The notes beneath the pieces were generated by a model, which saw only the letters and a program-made list of their open reading frames with translations, had not been told where the DNA came from and made no database searches. A DNA stretch of 64,000 nt from Candidatus Sungiibacteriota bacterium. Lineage in GTDB: Bacteria > Patescibacteriota > Minisyncoccia > Sungbacterales > HO2-52-23. Positions 54,661-64,000 of this stretch are shown in pieces. Both the position numbers and the translations under genes were made by a program. Each line of letters begins with the position of its first letter. Position 1 is the first letter of the stretch. The stretch lies in contig JACPBG010000004.1 in NCBI GenBank assembly GCA_016180435.1, positions 59,660-123,659 on the forward strand. The letters are read 5' to 3'.

Positions 54661-57600
54661 TTACTGCGGAGGGATTTCTATAAAAGAAGGCGGCGGTTTT
54701 ACCAGCGCGGTTGCACTTCTTGATATGCCATCGCAAGTCAAGGTAAATATGGTGGTGGAAGCCAGATTCACTTTGGGGCAGGCCTGGTATCCGGCAATTC
54801 CGCAATTGGTTTGAACCGGGGTATTGTTGATCGCGGTTTTGGGATTATTATCCGTAAGAGTGCAGTCAGTTGCGCCAAATCCGTCGGTTGTCCAAGAAAC
54901 AGTTGTGGGCTTGCCGGCGTCAATGGGTGTGGGATCTACGCCGAATGTTACAATTCGTCCTTTGATTTCTATGGGCGAGTTTGTGCAGGTGTTTGGCCCG
55001 TCGCTCGTAAATCCGTCACTTACGGTTACAGCTCCGTTTTTTTGGCCGCTGGAGGGATATATAGCATCATATGGGTTTGCGGTTTGTCCGCCAAGCGGAG
55101 CGTCTCCGGACCAGATAAAGCTGTAAGATCCCGAACCGCCGGTTGGGAATGCGGTCCAGCGCACCGTATCATCTATCATGGAGGCGATCGCCGGAACCGC
55201 CGTACAAGTCGCGTCAAGATTTACATTCACCACGGTGCGGCGTTCGGCAGACGGAGCAGGACCCTGTTCCAGGATAACTTTAGCGGTTGAACGCAGAGCA
55301 TAGGCGCGGGGAACCATCATGGAAGTCGCTGATTCGCCATTACATTTGGCGCCATTGGAGTTGGTCGCGCATATGCCGTCACCGGCTTGTTCACAACCCA
55401 CAGGATTACCCGGAGATATGCAAGTTGGCGGAAGCGCTCCACACACGCCTGATACGGTGCCAACATTAGTGCCGGCATTATTGCAATTCCACCAGAATGA
55501 ATAATTAATTGTGCCGAGTGCTGTACTTGCCGGGTCGCGCGTTGCGGTAATATTACGGTTAACACCCGGATCCGCCGGGTTTGGAACAACACTAAGCGAA
55601 GATATTAAAAGGGTCTGCGCATTAACAGTCAGGGTAAATGTCGTGGTGCGCGTAAGAGGGCCGCTTGTGCCGGTAACAGTTACGGGATATGACCCGGCCG
55701 GAGTTGAACCCGAGGTTGTAATATTAAGGGTTTTTGAACAAGGAGGATTGCAGGATGCGGGAGACGGGGCAAAGGAAAAACTGACACCGGAAATCGGCGC
55801 TGAAGTTATGGAAAATGTAACCGACTGGGTTGCGCCGGAATCAAGCGAGGCATTGATGGTCCGGGATGTATTATAGCCCTGGGTTACGGACACGTTGCCG
55901 TTGTTGGACAGCGAAAAATCAAACGCCGCGCCAACGGTAAATGAAGTCCCGGCTCCTGCGCAGTTATTATTTTCATTTGACTCGGTTACGGCGCCGGGCG
56001 GCGGAACCGGAGAAACATCCGCGCAAAAATACACGGTATGCGGCCCTATGGTTGCGGGCCAGGAGGATGAAGTAATTGAACCGGAACTTCCTCCGCCCGA
56101 AGTCAACGCTCCGATACTCGGAGCATTTATTTGTCCGGTAGAGGATGTAAGGCAATTTGAATTATCAATGCAAAAGCGGGCGGTGGATGCTCCGGCATTG
56201 GCTGTGCCGACATTGGTAACGCCGCTATTGGTAAAGGTAAGAGTTTGTCCCGCAATAAGAGTGCCATTTACCGTAATACTCGGACCAACCACAAGATCGG
56301 GTGTGGGAGGCACTCCCACGTTAAAAGTGGCGGTGGTGCAGTTATTTCCCTGACTTGTGTCATTAATATAGTCGCTGGTTTCGGAAAAAGCATTTCCCAC
56401 ATCCGCGCATACTTCAAAAAGATGTGTTCCAACTTGCGCGGTCCAGGCATTGGTCCAGTTTTCAACTTCGGTATCCCCGGGATTACTTGCGGCAGCTAAT
56501 GCTCCGGTGGTTTGATCAGCCGGAGTAAAATCCCATGTGCCATTATTATCTATATCCAAGCGTAAACGCGTTTGGGAAGATACGGATGCCGCACCCGTTC
56601 CGGAATTTCTCACAGTCGCCGCAAAAGTTACCAATTGTCCGGCGCTAATCGGGCCCGGAACCGGACCGGCTGTGGCCAGTCCCTCGGTAATGTAGTCGGG
56701 TTCAGATGCCGTTGAAACCGTAAACGTCTGCGCTGAACAATTGTTTGTTTCGTTTGTTTCATTCTCAACTGGATTCGGCTGATCGGCACAAAGGGAAATT
56801 CTATGAGTCCCGAGTTCCGCGGTCCATGTGCCCGATGTTACTGATTGCGAGCCCGAAGGCGCGAGCGCGCCAGCCGCAATCATGGGATGGGGAGTAAGCG
56901 CGCGATCTTTACCCATAGTATCGTTATAGAGCTGCGCAATTTCAGACGCATTCAGCGCCCTGCCGTACACATATACTTCATCAATTTGCCCGTCAAAATA
57001 TACCCCAGAGCCATCATCCTGACTACCGATTGCGCTATATGAGGAAGGCGTATTCGGCGTTAATGATTGAGAAAAATTCACAGGTCCTGATGCCGCAAGC
57101 GCGCCATTAACATACACGCTCATAAAATCTCCTGCATAATTTATCACCCCCGCGATATGGTACCACGTATTCAGCGCCAGCGGAGGAATTGCTCCCGAAG
57201 TGCTAACGCTTTGAATCGCCTCGGTATCCATAGACCGGCCCACAACCCGCACATTACCGGATGAGGTGAACTCAAGCGCGGCGCGAGATTCATTAGTTGG
57301 GACAGCGCTGTTGATTGAAAAAGAAACCACTCCGTTGACAAAGCCGGCAACTACGCTTTCTCTTCTAACCCACGCGGAAATGGTTACGGCGGCTTTTTTG
57401 CGTACGGTGTTAAGATTAGTACCCAAATTAACGTATTCATTCACTCCATCAAAATCAAGAGCTCCATTTACTCTGCCGCCCATCCAATCGGTGGATTCCA
57501 TATTGACGAGCGTCCCGTTGATTCCGCTTCCTGAAAAATCACCCGCGCTGGTTCCGGATGTTTCATCGAAATGCCATCCGCCCGCAAGCCCTATCGGATC

Positions 57601-58293
57601 GGGACTATTATTATTAAAATCAATATAGAATAGATTATTAAATGATGATATGTTGGCGCCAGCGCCGATGTTTGTAATGTTGCCCGAGAATGTAACAGGG
57701 CCGGGGTTTAGAGTGCCTGGGGAATTGAGCGCCGAGGTGAGATCGGTATTAGCGCTTACCGTAAACGTCTGCGTTGTGCAATTATTTCCCTCGTTTGTTT
57801 CGGCAATAACTAATTCCACATCCGCGCATACTTCAAATAAATGCGTTCCAACTTGCGCGGTCCAGGCATTGGACCAGGTTTCAACTTCGTTATCACCGGG
57901 ACTCATGAAGGAAGTTAATCCTGCGGTGGTTTGATCCGGCGAAATAGTTAAATCCCATACTCCGGGAGGATTGTCATTATTTATATCCAGACGTAAACGG
58001 GTTTGGGAAGGAATTGTTTCCGCATCATCCCCGTAATTTCTCACGGTTGCCGAAAAGGTTACCAATTGTCCGGCAGTAATCGGGCCGGGAACCGGACCGG
58101 CTGTGGCAAGTCCTTCGACTCTGTAATCAATTATACCAGGACCAGGACCAGGACCAGCCGAAACTCCCGCGGCAACGGTTAAAAAAGCGAGCATCAAAAA
58201 ACACGCCTGCAATGAGTTTAAAACGCGATGATGATCTAAAAAACCTGGCTTAATCATTATATTCAATATAGATGAGGCGCCGAAAATACACAA
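54661..58293 (-). CDS. large secreted surface protein with repeated CARDB-like modules and a LamG/concanavalin-like domain
   Basis: N-term signal/TM; repeated ...GLATAGPVPGPI(T/S)AGQLVTF(S/A)ATVRN.G... and NNCT modules; LamG-like GGWHFDETSG...ALNASEIAQLYN. Confidence 0.6.
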   Translation of the reverse strand: MCIFGASSILNIMIKPGFLDHHRVLNSLQACFLMLAFLTVAAGVSAGPGPGPGIIDYRVEGLATAGPVPGPITAGQLVTFSATVRNYGDDAETIPSQTRLRLDINNDNPPGVWDLTISPDQTTAGLTSFMSPGDNEVETWSNAWTAQVGTHLFEVCADVELVIAETNEGNNCTTQTFTVSANTDLTSALNSPGTLNPGPVTFSGNITNIGAGANISSFNNLFYIDFNNNSPDPIGLAGGWHFDETSGTSAGDFSGSGINGTLVNMESTDWMGGRVNGALDFDGVNEYVNLGTNLNTVRKKAAVTISAWVRRESVVAGFVNGVVSFSINSAVPTNESRAALEFTSSGNVRVVGRSMDTEAIQSVSTSGAIPPLALNTWYHIAGVINYAGDFMSVYVNGALAASGPVNFSQSLTPNTPSSYSAIGSQDDGSGVYFDGQIDEVYVYGRALNASEIAQLYNDTMGKDRALTPHPMIAAGALAPSGSQSVTSGTWTAELGTHRISLCADQPNPVENETNETNNCSAQTFTVSTASEPDYITEGLATAGPVPGPISAGQLVTFAATVRNSGTGAASVSSQTRLRLDIDNNGTWDFTPADQTTGALAAASNPGDTEVENWTNAWTAQVGTHLFEVCADVGNAFSETSDYINDTSQGNNCTTATFNVGVPPTPDLVVGPSITVNGTLIAGQTLTFTNSGVTNVGTANAGASTARFCIDNSNCLTSSTGQINAPSIGALTSGGGSSGSITSSSWPATIGPHTVYFCADVSPVPPPGAVTESNENNNCAGAGTSFTVGAAFDFSLSNNGNVSVTQGYNTSRTINASLDSGATQSVTFSITSAPISGVSFSFAPSPASCNPPCSKTLNITTSGSTPAGSYPVTVTGTSGPLTRTTTFTLTVNAQTLLISSLSVVPNPADPGVNRNITATRDPASTALGTINYSFWWNCNNAGTNVGTVSGVCGALPPTCISPGNPVGCEQAGDGICATNSNGAKCNGESATSMMVPRAYALRSTAKVILEQGPAPSAERRTVVNVNLDATCTAVPAIASMIDDTVRWTAFPTGGSGSYSFIWSGDAPLGGQTANPYDAIYPSSGQKNGAVTVSDGFTSDGPNTCTNSPIEIKGRIVTFGVDPTPIDAGKPTTVSWTTDGFGATDCTLTDNNPKTAINNTPVQTNCGIAGYQACPKVNLASTTIFTLTCDGISRSATALVKPPPSFIEIPPQ

Positions 58294-58324
58294 TCAATTT
58301 TATCCACACGGTAATAATATGATT

Positions 58325-59962
58325 TCAATTTTTACTTATGCCGAATGATACGGAAATCAAGTCAAGAATTGTTTTTTCCGGATAGGTTTTAAGCAGAGTT
58401 TGATAATCAACGTAATATTTTGTCTGTCCGTAGTATCGGACAAATGAGGGCGGCATATCGCCGTGCCACACTGATCCGGAAAATGGCAGAAAATAGAGCG
58501 AGGGGAAAGAGCGCGTGATAAAGAGCTCTTTTAACTCAAGGGGTTGGGGAAGAAGCGCGGTTAGTTTCATCAGGTTCCGGTTTTCAGCAACTCCCCGGCG
58601 GATGAGTGCTTCAAAATATCCGCTTTTCTCCCGGTTGACCTCAATAATTTCGCGAAGCAGGTCCGGAGTATCGTTTCCGGCAAGTTCGCGTAATTTTCCA
58701 TCCGGATATTTTTCAAGTGCCAATCGGATGGCGTAAAGCACCCGGTCCTGCGTTTCACGCCAGATCGGATCTGCTTTAAGAAATGAGTCAATTGCGGACA
58801 CAAGTTCGGGCAATTCTATATTCCAGTGGCTGGCGCGCCACTCCAGCAGCAATTTCCGCACGCGATATAGCGTAAAAATCTGGGCGTGGTAGGAAACATC
58901 CGGACAGGAATAATAATTGAAGTTTGGCTGCCAGTAATATTCAAGTCCGGCTTGGCGGAGCGGCTTGAAAAATCGCGTTTCCTCGCCATAACTCAGGGTG
59001 AAGTGAAAAAAGGTTTGGCGTATGGAAAGCGGAGTAAGAAATTTGTTGACCCCGTTAGAACTCCGCTGACTCCTGCTCGCCTCGCTAAAGCTATGGCGAA
59101 GCGGGTCGGCGGTAACGGCAGAGATAGTCGATGGGGGTGTAATACCCTCATCGGCGGGTTGTGAAGCGCCCGTTCTAACGGGGTTGACGCGCGCCAGGTA
59201 AAAAAGATCGCGTTCTCCTTTGGCCGGGTCTCCTCCACAGCCAGTCGGAATTTCGGCCAAAGGCATGACCGGCAGCCACTTCATGCGTTCAATGATTTTT
59301 TTTGTAAATGCAAGGTTACGCAGTTCGTCGGGGGCTAAAATCGGATTTGGCGCTATGACAGGCGCGGCAATGGTAACCGGCAAGGATGGCGCGGCGCGTT
59401 GAGTCGGGGTTTTTGCGTTTGCGATCAGCGCCGAAATATTGGAAAGAAGCATTTCGCGGGTTATAACGCTTGTCCCATAATGGTAAAATTCATTTTTTGT
59501 AACGCGGGGCAGATTTTCTAGCGCGTTTTGATATTGTAAAAGATCTTTTTGATATAACGCTGCAGTGCGGTTAAGCGCCCGACGGTATGTTAAAAAATTT
59601 TTCAATGCCAGATTTTTTATAAATGCGCGGCGCGTCTCCTCCAGGTTCGGCAGTGATTCCAGAAAATCAATAGGGTGAAAAGAGGTTTCAATGAGCTGTT
59701 TGTCCCCATCTTTAGGATAGAGGGCGGCGACTGCGTTGACGGTTTCTTTCAATTCTTTTATTTTAACGCGGAGCGTTGCGGTGTCTGCTCCCGTAAGCCC
59801 AAAACGCGGTTGGGTCCGGGCTTCCTCCAGCGCCGCAAAAATTATTTGTCTTGACCATCCCCAGATCAGCAGTATGGAAACGCAAATAAACGCCAAGGCG
59901 GTTACGCCTTTGCGCAAATTATCCGTTTGCAGCAGTTTTCTATTTTTTTTATTTATGTTCAT
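58325..59962 (-). CDS. hypothetical N-terminally anchored protein, paralog of 61373..62731; carries in-frame RPE-like insertion
   Basis: C-terminal RSFPSLYFLPFSGSVWH aligns with RSYPSLYYLTFNRSVWR in paralog. Confidence 0.5.
   Translation of the reverse strand: MNINKKNRKLLQTDNLRKGVTALAFICVSILLIWGWSRQIIFAALEEARTQPRFGLTGADTATLRVKIKELKETVNAVAALYPKDGDKQLIETSFHPIDFLESLPNLEETRRAFIKNLALKNFLTYRRALNRTAALYQKDLLQYQNALENLPRVTKNEFYHYGTSVITREMLLSNISALIANAKTPTQRAAPSLPVTIAAPVIAPNPILAPDELRNLAFTKKIIERMKWLPVMPLAEIPTGCGGDPAKGERDLFYLARVNPVRTGASQPADEGITPPSTISAVTADPLRHSFSEASRSQRSSNGVNKFLTPLSIRQTFFHFTLSYGEETRFFKPLRQAGLEYYWQPNFNYYSCPDVSYHAQIFTLYRVRKLLLEWRASHWNIELPELVSAIDSFLKADPIWRETQDRVLYAIRLALEKYPDGKLRELAGNDTPDLLREIIEVNREKSGYFEALIRRGVAENRNLMKLTALLPQPLELKELFITRSFPSLYFLPFSGSVWHGDMPPSFVRYYGQTKYYVDYQTLLKTYPEKTILDLISVSFGISKN
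59050..59183. repeat. RPE-like palindromic element family 1 (134 bp) inserted in-frame in 58325..59962, encoding NPVRTGAS...SSNGV
   Basis: CCCCGTTAGAACT ... CGTTCTAACGGGG termini. Confidence 0.8.
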
Positions 59963-59965
59963 CGT

Positions 59966-60008
59966 ATGTCAATTGTCAACTGTTAATTGTTAAATGTTGG
60001 TTGTCAGT
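59966..60008. repeat. 7-bp tandem repeat (NTGTYAA x6): atgtcaa ttgtcaa ctgttaa ttgttaa atgttgg ttgtcag
   Basis: seen directly between 58325..59962 start and 60004..61419 end. Confidence 0.7.
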
Positions 60009-61419
60009 CGTCGGTATCATCTATTTTCCGGATAAGGATTTGTTTGGCCGCGTCCGGAAAACCGCCCCTGATTTCTATTATCAGGGGCAGAAACCGGCCC
60101 GCAGATGCGAGATCCGCCAGGGTCTTATCCGGGGTTAAAAATAAATTTCTACTTATGTGCTCGGCTAGCCACGTTAAAAAATGGTTGATATCCAAAATAT
60201 GGGAGTCCGCGGGCTGGATTAATATTCTTAATTCACCAAGCAATTTTCCGCCGGTTTGTTTTTCCCGTACTTCTCCGCGCCACTCCTTAACGTATGATTT
60301 TAGGGAGCCCATGACCCTTTCCAGTTCCGTTCTCACGATAAGCGCGCCTCCGTATCGGATGTAGTCGTAATTTTTTCGGCCCGCCAGAAAAAGCGTGAAT
60401 TTCGCTCCGCAGGGGCATTTTTCTTTCACGACTCGTCCCATGTCGCCGGTGCGATAACGCAGCAGCGCCCATCTGTGGTTGAGGTGGGTGACCGCAATTT
60501 CGCCGCAACCGTTTTCATCCATATCCACCAATTCTATAATAGTACCATTTAAAAAATTGGGGTGGTACACGTCCTGGCGTCCATATCTTCGTTTCAGTTC
60601 CGGGCATGAGTGAGAAATCTTTCCGGCTTCGGTCATGGTGTAATTTAGATTAAGTCTCGCATTATGGAAAAATTCATGAATAATGCGGCGCTGGGTGGCG
60701 CTCAAGAAATCCCCACTCAAGTCAATAATTTGGATTTTAGAAGACAATGCTTCGGCCGCCGTAAAGACAGATGTGAATCTGATAAGATTTGCGGGGAAAC
60801 TGAAAATATTATCTGCGCCAAATTCTTCGAGGGCCTGCCGCATTTTGATGTTAAGACGCGCGGGGTCGAGTATAAGTGTTTGTAAAACCCCATTTGGTTC
60901 GCGGCGATTGCCCAAAATGTTTAGCAGAACGCCGCGTAGGCAAATCATAAATGGCCCTTCAATCCAAAGAGTGCGTTTTCTGCCGGAGCGCGCCAGGCCG
61001 ACCGGCATTAAAAAAAGAGGCGGTTCGTTTAGCGAAACGGTGCCGGAAGTGGCGCGCAGAATAAAATGACGGGTTTTATTTTTGATTTCCTCCCGCAGAT
61101 CAATCAGCCGCGGGTTTAGGCCAATTTTAAAAAAATCATCTTTAACCAGAAACGGAACGCGTTTCCACTGTTCTTTATCCATTTTTCCGGCTGTGAACCG
61201 AAAATTATGGTTGCCGAAATGTCTTTGCCAAAATTCGAGCTTCTGCAGTTCGGTTAAAAATTTTCCTAATTCGGACAAGGTAAGTTGTTGGGATTTTTGG
61301 GAAATAAATCCCCCTACCATGAATTTACGTTCGGGGCGTTCTTTTTTATGCGCGGTCGTGTCCATGGTCTTTTTAATAAAGTTGTTTCCAATCCATATGG
61401 CGGTATTTTTTGCTTTCAA
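60004..61419 (-). CDS. PaaK/CapK-like adenylate-forming enzyme (phenylacetate-CoA ligase / F390 synthetase family)
   Basis: ILRATSGTVS (cf. TSGTTGKP), YRTGDMGRV (YRTGD motif). Confidence 0.6.
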   Translation of the reverse strand: MKAKNTAIWIGNNFIKKTMDTTAHKKERPERKFMVGGFISQKSQQLTLSELGKFLTELQKLEFWQRHFGNHNFRFTAGKMDKEQWKRVPFLVKDDFFKIGLNPRLIDLREEIKNKTRHFILRATSGTVSLNEPPLFLMPVGLARSGRKRTLWIEGPFMICLRGVLLNILGNRREPNGVLQTLILDPARLNIKMRQALEEFGADNIFSFPANLIRFTSVFTAAEALSSKIQIIDLSGDFLSATQRRIIHEFFHNARLNLNYTMTEAGKISHSCPELKRRYGRQDVYHPNFLNGTIIELVDMDENGCGEIAVTHLNHRWALLRYRTGDMGRVVKEKCPCGAKFTLFLAGRKNYDYIRYGGALIVRTELERVMGSLKSYVKEWRGEVREKQTGGKLLGELRILIQPADSHILDINHFLTWLAEHISRNLFLTPDKTLADLASAGRFLPLIIEIRGGFPDAAKQILIRKIDDTDD

Positions 61420-62731
61420 AAATCTTTTCTAAAATTTCTGAAGAAACAAACGGTTCAATCTCTTCGAGGGTCTTGTAAATTCCCCCATTCCCAAAGCGGC
61501 TGCCTAAAAATCTCGGCGCATCGGATATGCGCCAGACACTGCGGTTAAAAGTCAAATAATATAGAGATGGATAGGACCGGGCAATAAAATTATAAAGCGG
61601 GGAGGGATTTTGGCCGGCCCGGGCCTGGACCTTTGACATAACCATATAAGACCGTTCGTGCTGTACCCCGGTCCATAAAATCAGGTCCAGCATACTTGAT
61701 TTCTGGCTAAGAACCGCCTGATGGTCTAAAAATGTGCGTCTCCAGTTTAAGTCCGTTAGGGTGGCCAAATCAGCATAATAACGAAGGTCTAGAACCGAGT
61801 AAAACGAGGTTACGTCTTGGTGCCAATAACGGACGCCGCGCTTGAGCGAGGGCTCGTATATGGCGCGGGTTCGGTTGTCAAACGGACTTTGTGCCGCAGG
61901 CAGGGCGCTTTCGGTTTTGGTTAATTCCAGGAAAAAACGGCAATCCGCCAGTGAAATATGAAAACTGCGGCGATTACGGTTGTCTCGGGTAACATAAGTG
62001 AAAAAGTTATGGATTCTGGGCGTGCCGTCCAAATGAGCGAATTCATAAAAAATAGGGCCGTATTTCTCAACCAGGCCGGATATATGTTTTTCTTCCAGAC
62101 GGAGAATTTCTTGATATTTTTCGGAAAGAGACGGCCCCTGAATTTTCCAGGGAATGGGGTCAGCCCCGGGAGGTTGCGCATCCGAAAAATTTATACTTTT
62201 GAAATCGCCGCGTTCAAAAATATTGCGGCGGCGTTTCACCTCCTTCTTTAACTCTTTTAGATTGGAGTAAATGACTTCAATTGATTTAAGAAACTCGGCG
62301 AGTGAAATGCTATTGGTATGAAAATAAAAAATCGAGGTGTCCGGCGGAATATGTTCTTGCCGGCATAAATCCAAAATGGAATCGCGGTAGGCCGTTAGGT
62401 TAAGTTCCAACGCGGAAACAGTTTTTTCGTGCGTGCGCAGGAGCAATTCGGCATTTTTTTCTGAGGGGCTGATTATAAATCGGCGCCGTTGGCGCTCGCT
62501 TTCCAAAAATCTTTTTAAGAAACCGATGGGATGCAGTGTTTCCGTGAAAGGATGCCAAAAACAAAACCAGCGGTGCGACGGGCGCCATACCCGTTCCACC
62601 TCGCGCGTTAAAAATTCCAGTTCCTCCAGCGCCCACTTGGCGTTGTCAATATCCAGCCCCTCGGCCGCAAACAAGGGGTCGCGGAGCGTGAAGTTGTGGA
62701 ACGATTTTATTTTTTTATCCATTGATTTCAT
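61373..62731 (-). CDS. hypothetical protein, paralog of 58325..59962
   Basis: shared C-terminal domain; preceded by structured leader copy 2. Confidence 0.5.
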   Translation of the reverse strand: MKSMDKKIKSFHNFTLRDPLFAAEGLDIDNAKWALEELEFLTREVERVWRPSHRWFCFWHPFTETLHPIGFLKRFLESERQRRRFIISPSEKNAELLLRTHEKTVSALELNLTAYRDSILDLCRQEHIPPDTSIFYFHTNSISLAEFLKSIEVIYSNLKELKKEVKRRRNIFERGDFKSINFSDAQPPGADPIPWKIQGPSLSEKYQEILRLEEKHISGLVEKYGPIFYEFAHLDGTPRIHNFFTYVTRDNRNRRSFHISLADCRFFLELTKTESALPAAQSPFDNRTRAIYEPSLKRGVRYWHQDVTSFYSVLDLRYYADLATLTDLNWRRTFLDHQAVLSQKSSMLDLILWTGVQHERSYMVMSKVQARAGQNPSPLYNFIARSYPSLYYLTFNRSVWRISDAPRFLGSRFGNGGIYKTLEEIEPFVSSEILEKIFESKKYRHMDWKQLY

Positions 62732-62893
62732 GGGTCTGTTGCCGAATGCGCTTTCGTCGCGAAATTTCAGAATTTCGAGGCAAAATCATTGAACAAATTT
62801 GGCGGTTTATCTGAAAGATAAGCCAAGAAATTTTGAGATGATTTTGACCGGAATTCTGAAATTGCAGTAGAAATGGCATTTGGCAACAGACCC
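62732..62893 (-). ncRNA. structured 5' leader element copy 2 (162 nt; copy-1 core plus ~40-nt insertion), begins directly after start codon of 61373..62731
   Basis: GGGTCTGTTGCC...GGCAACAGACCC outer stem; conserved blocks gccgaatgcgctttcgt, ttggcggtttatctgaaagataagccaagaa. Confidence 0.45.
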
Positions 62894-62922
62894 CCACAAG
62901 TGAAAAAATCTGCATCTTAAGA

Positions 62923-63948
62923 TTAAGATGCAGATGTGGTTTTATCAGACAGGGTGGCATAGTTGAATATTTTGGGACGCAACCATCCGCCGACCAGGCA
63001 GGCTATCAGAGTTATGGCAATTGGAACTAAACTTCCCACCGAAGAAATAGTCGGGTTTTTAACGATTGATCCGTAAACAAAGAGCGGCACGCCTATAACC
63101 ATACCCAGAATAATACCCCAAAAAGTGAATAATGGGGAGAGTTTTGACCAGAACAGCGAAAGAATTGTTGGCATAAGTAGCGCGCCGCGGAATGGAGCCA
63201 TTATAAGAATAAGGTATAAAAGCTGGATATTCGGAATTAGAGAGATAGACATTCCGATCAAAATCATAATAACCATACTTATTCTGGAAGCCATAACCAG
63301 CGCGCGATCCGAAGGGTCGGGTCGGAAAAATTTATATATGTCAACTGCGCCGATTGAACTTACCGCGGTCAGCGCCGAGCTTCCGGCTGCCACGAGGCTA
63401 GCCAGCACCATGGCTGTAAAACCCAGTACGGCGATGCCGGGTAAAAAATAGACAGCCGCGTAAAAACCGGCTAACTGATTTTGGTCCTTCGGTATATTTA
63501 AAATAGACGCATGATTTACCGCCACATAGCCAAGCATGCCCAGCATAATCGGCACAAAAGCGAACAGAAATCCTCCCCATAAGAATGAGCGCCGGACAAT
63601 TTTGTGTTTCATCGAAAAAGCGCGTTGCCATTGCTGTTGGTCCATTACGACTCCGGAAAAGAGCGTGATGCTGACGGGTACGCCGAAAGACCAGGCCACC
63701 GCCGGGTCAAAGATATGGGTAAAAGTTCCTTTTATTCCCCCTAAGCCGGATGTTATAGAATCAAGTCCCCCGCTTTCAAAAATCGTCCAGGGCACGATAA
63801 TAAACGCAACCATACAAATTAAAACGGCCTTAATAGTATCTTCAGTCAAAGAAGAGCGGATTCCTTTAAGCACGGAGAGTGAAACCATCATTAAGCCCAA
63901 AATCACGATTAGGGTTGATTTGGGAATCCCGGTAACCAAGTTCAGCAT
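62923..63948 (-). CDS. sodium:solute symporter-family membrane transporter, C-terminal portion (gene continues beyond window end)
   Basis: multi-TM profile typical of SSF C-terminal half; ORF open to window edge. Confidence 0.5.
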   Translation of the reverse strand: MLNLVTGIPKSTLIVILGLMMVSLSVLKGIRSSLTEDTIKAVLICMVAFIIVPWTIFESGGLDSITSGLGGIKGTFTHIFDPAVAWSFGVPVSITLFSGVVMDQQQWQRAFSMKHKIVRRSFLWGGFLFAFVPIMLGMLGYVAVNHASILNIPKDQNQLAGFYAAVYFLPGIAVLGFTAMVLASLVAAGSSALTAVSSIGAVDIYKFFRPDPSDRALVMASRISMVIMILIGMSISLIPNIQLLYLILIMAPFRGALLMPTILSLFWSKLSPLFTFWGIILGMVIGVPLFVYGSIVKNPTISSVGSLVPIAITLIACLVGGWLRPKIFNYATLSDKTTSAS

Positions 63949-64000
63949 CAGAAGCGCTGCGGTTAAATTAAAGACGATCGCATAGTTCTGGGCCGCGAAA

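Noticed and set aside
54811-57934. Multiple plus-strand ORFs (159 aa, 152 aa, 121 aa, etc.)
   Set aside because: All antisense to the 1210-aa surface-protein gene; GC-rich shadow frames

Overview
The window is a low-GC, gene-dense bacterial segment, mostly minus-strand, with strong Candidate Phyla Radiation/Patescibacteria-like character: a monomeric PheRS, a GxxExxY gene, a minimal ValRS core and many small palindromic repeats; the lineage assignment is an inference.

Housekeeping genes I can support are valS, hisS, pheS, recG, gyrB, ftsH, htrA, tmk, a ThyX-like gene, rplK, nusG, secE and an hsp20, plus seven tRNAs: Ala-GGC, Arg-CCT, His-GTG, Arg-TCT, Ile-UAU, Lys-CTT. These are interleaved with accessory DNA:
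- A ~4.9 kb cassette bounded by ~180-210 bp terminal inverted repeats, lying between hsp20 and tRNA-Ala. It carries an HTH controller, an EVE/PUA-like-plus-nuclease protein, a ParB-like protein, an unknown 308-aa protein, a Dam-family N6-adenine methyltransferase and a zinc-ribbon protein.
- An AT-rich islet between tRNA-Ala and tRNA-Arg(CCT), with a large serine recombinase whose ORF reads into the tRNA, plus nested inverted repeats (38 bp and ~104 bp) flanking a membrane-protein gene and the recombinase.
- A Pup/UBact-like locus with no 20S proteasome subunits in the window: a short Mpa-like AAA ATPase, two PafA/Dop-family ligase/deamidase homologs and a 66-aa Pup-like protein ending in -KGE.
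- A prkA, prkA-like, yeaH, spoVR operon with a duplicated, divergent PrkA.
- Rickettsia-palindromic-element-like palindromic elements of two families, inserted in-frame into recG and into a 545-aa protein as well as intergenically.
- Several 7-bp tandem-repeat arrays.
- Two families of ~120-160-nt structured repeat elements, each sitting immediately 5' of start codons (response regulator and a 452-aa gene; nusG and secE).
- A ValRS with a ~330-aa insertion encoding ASCH-like and histidine-phosphatase domains.
- A single-chain PheRS with a C-terminal FDX-ACB-like domain.

No rRNA genes or CRISPR arrays were seen.
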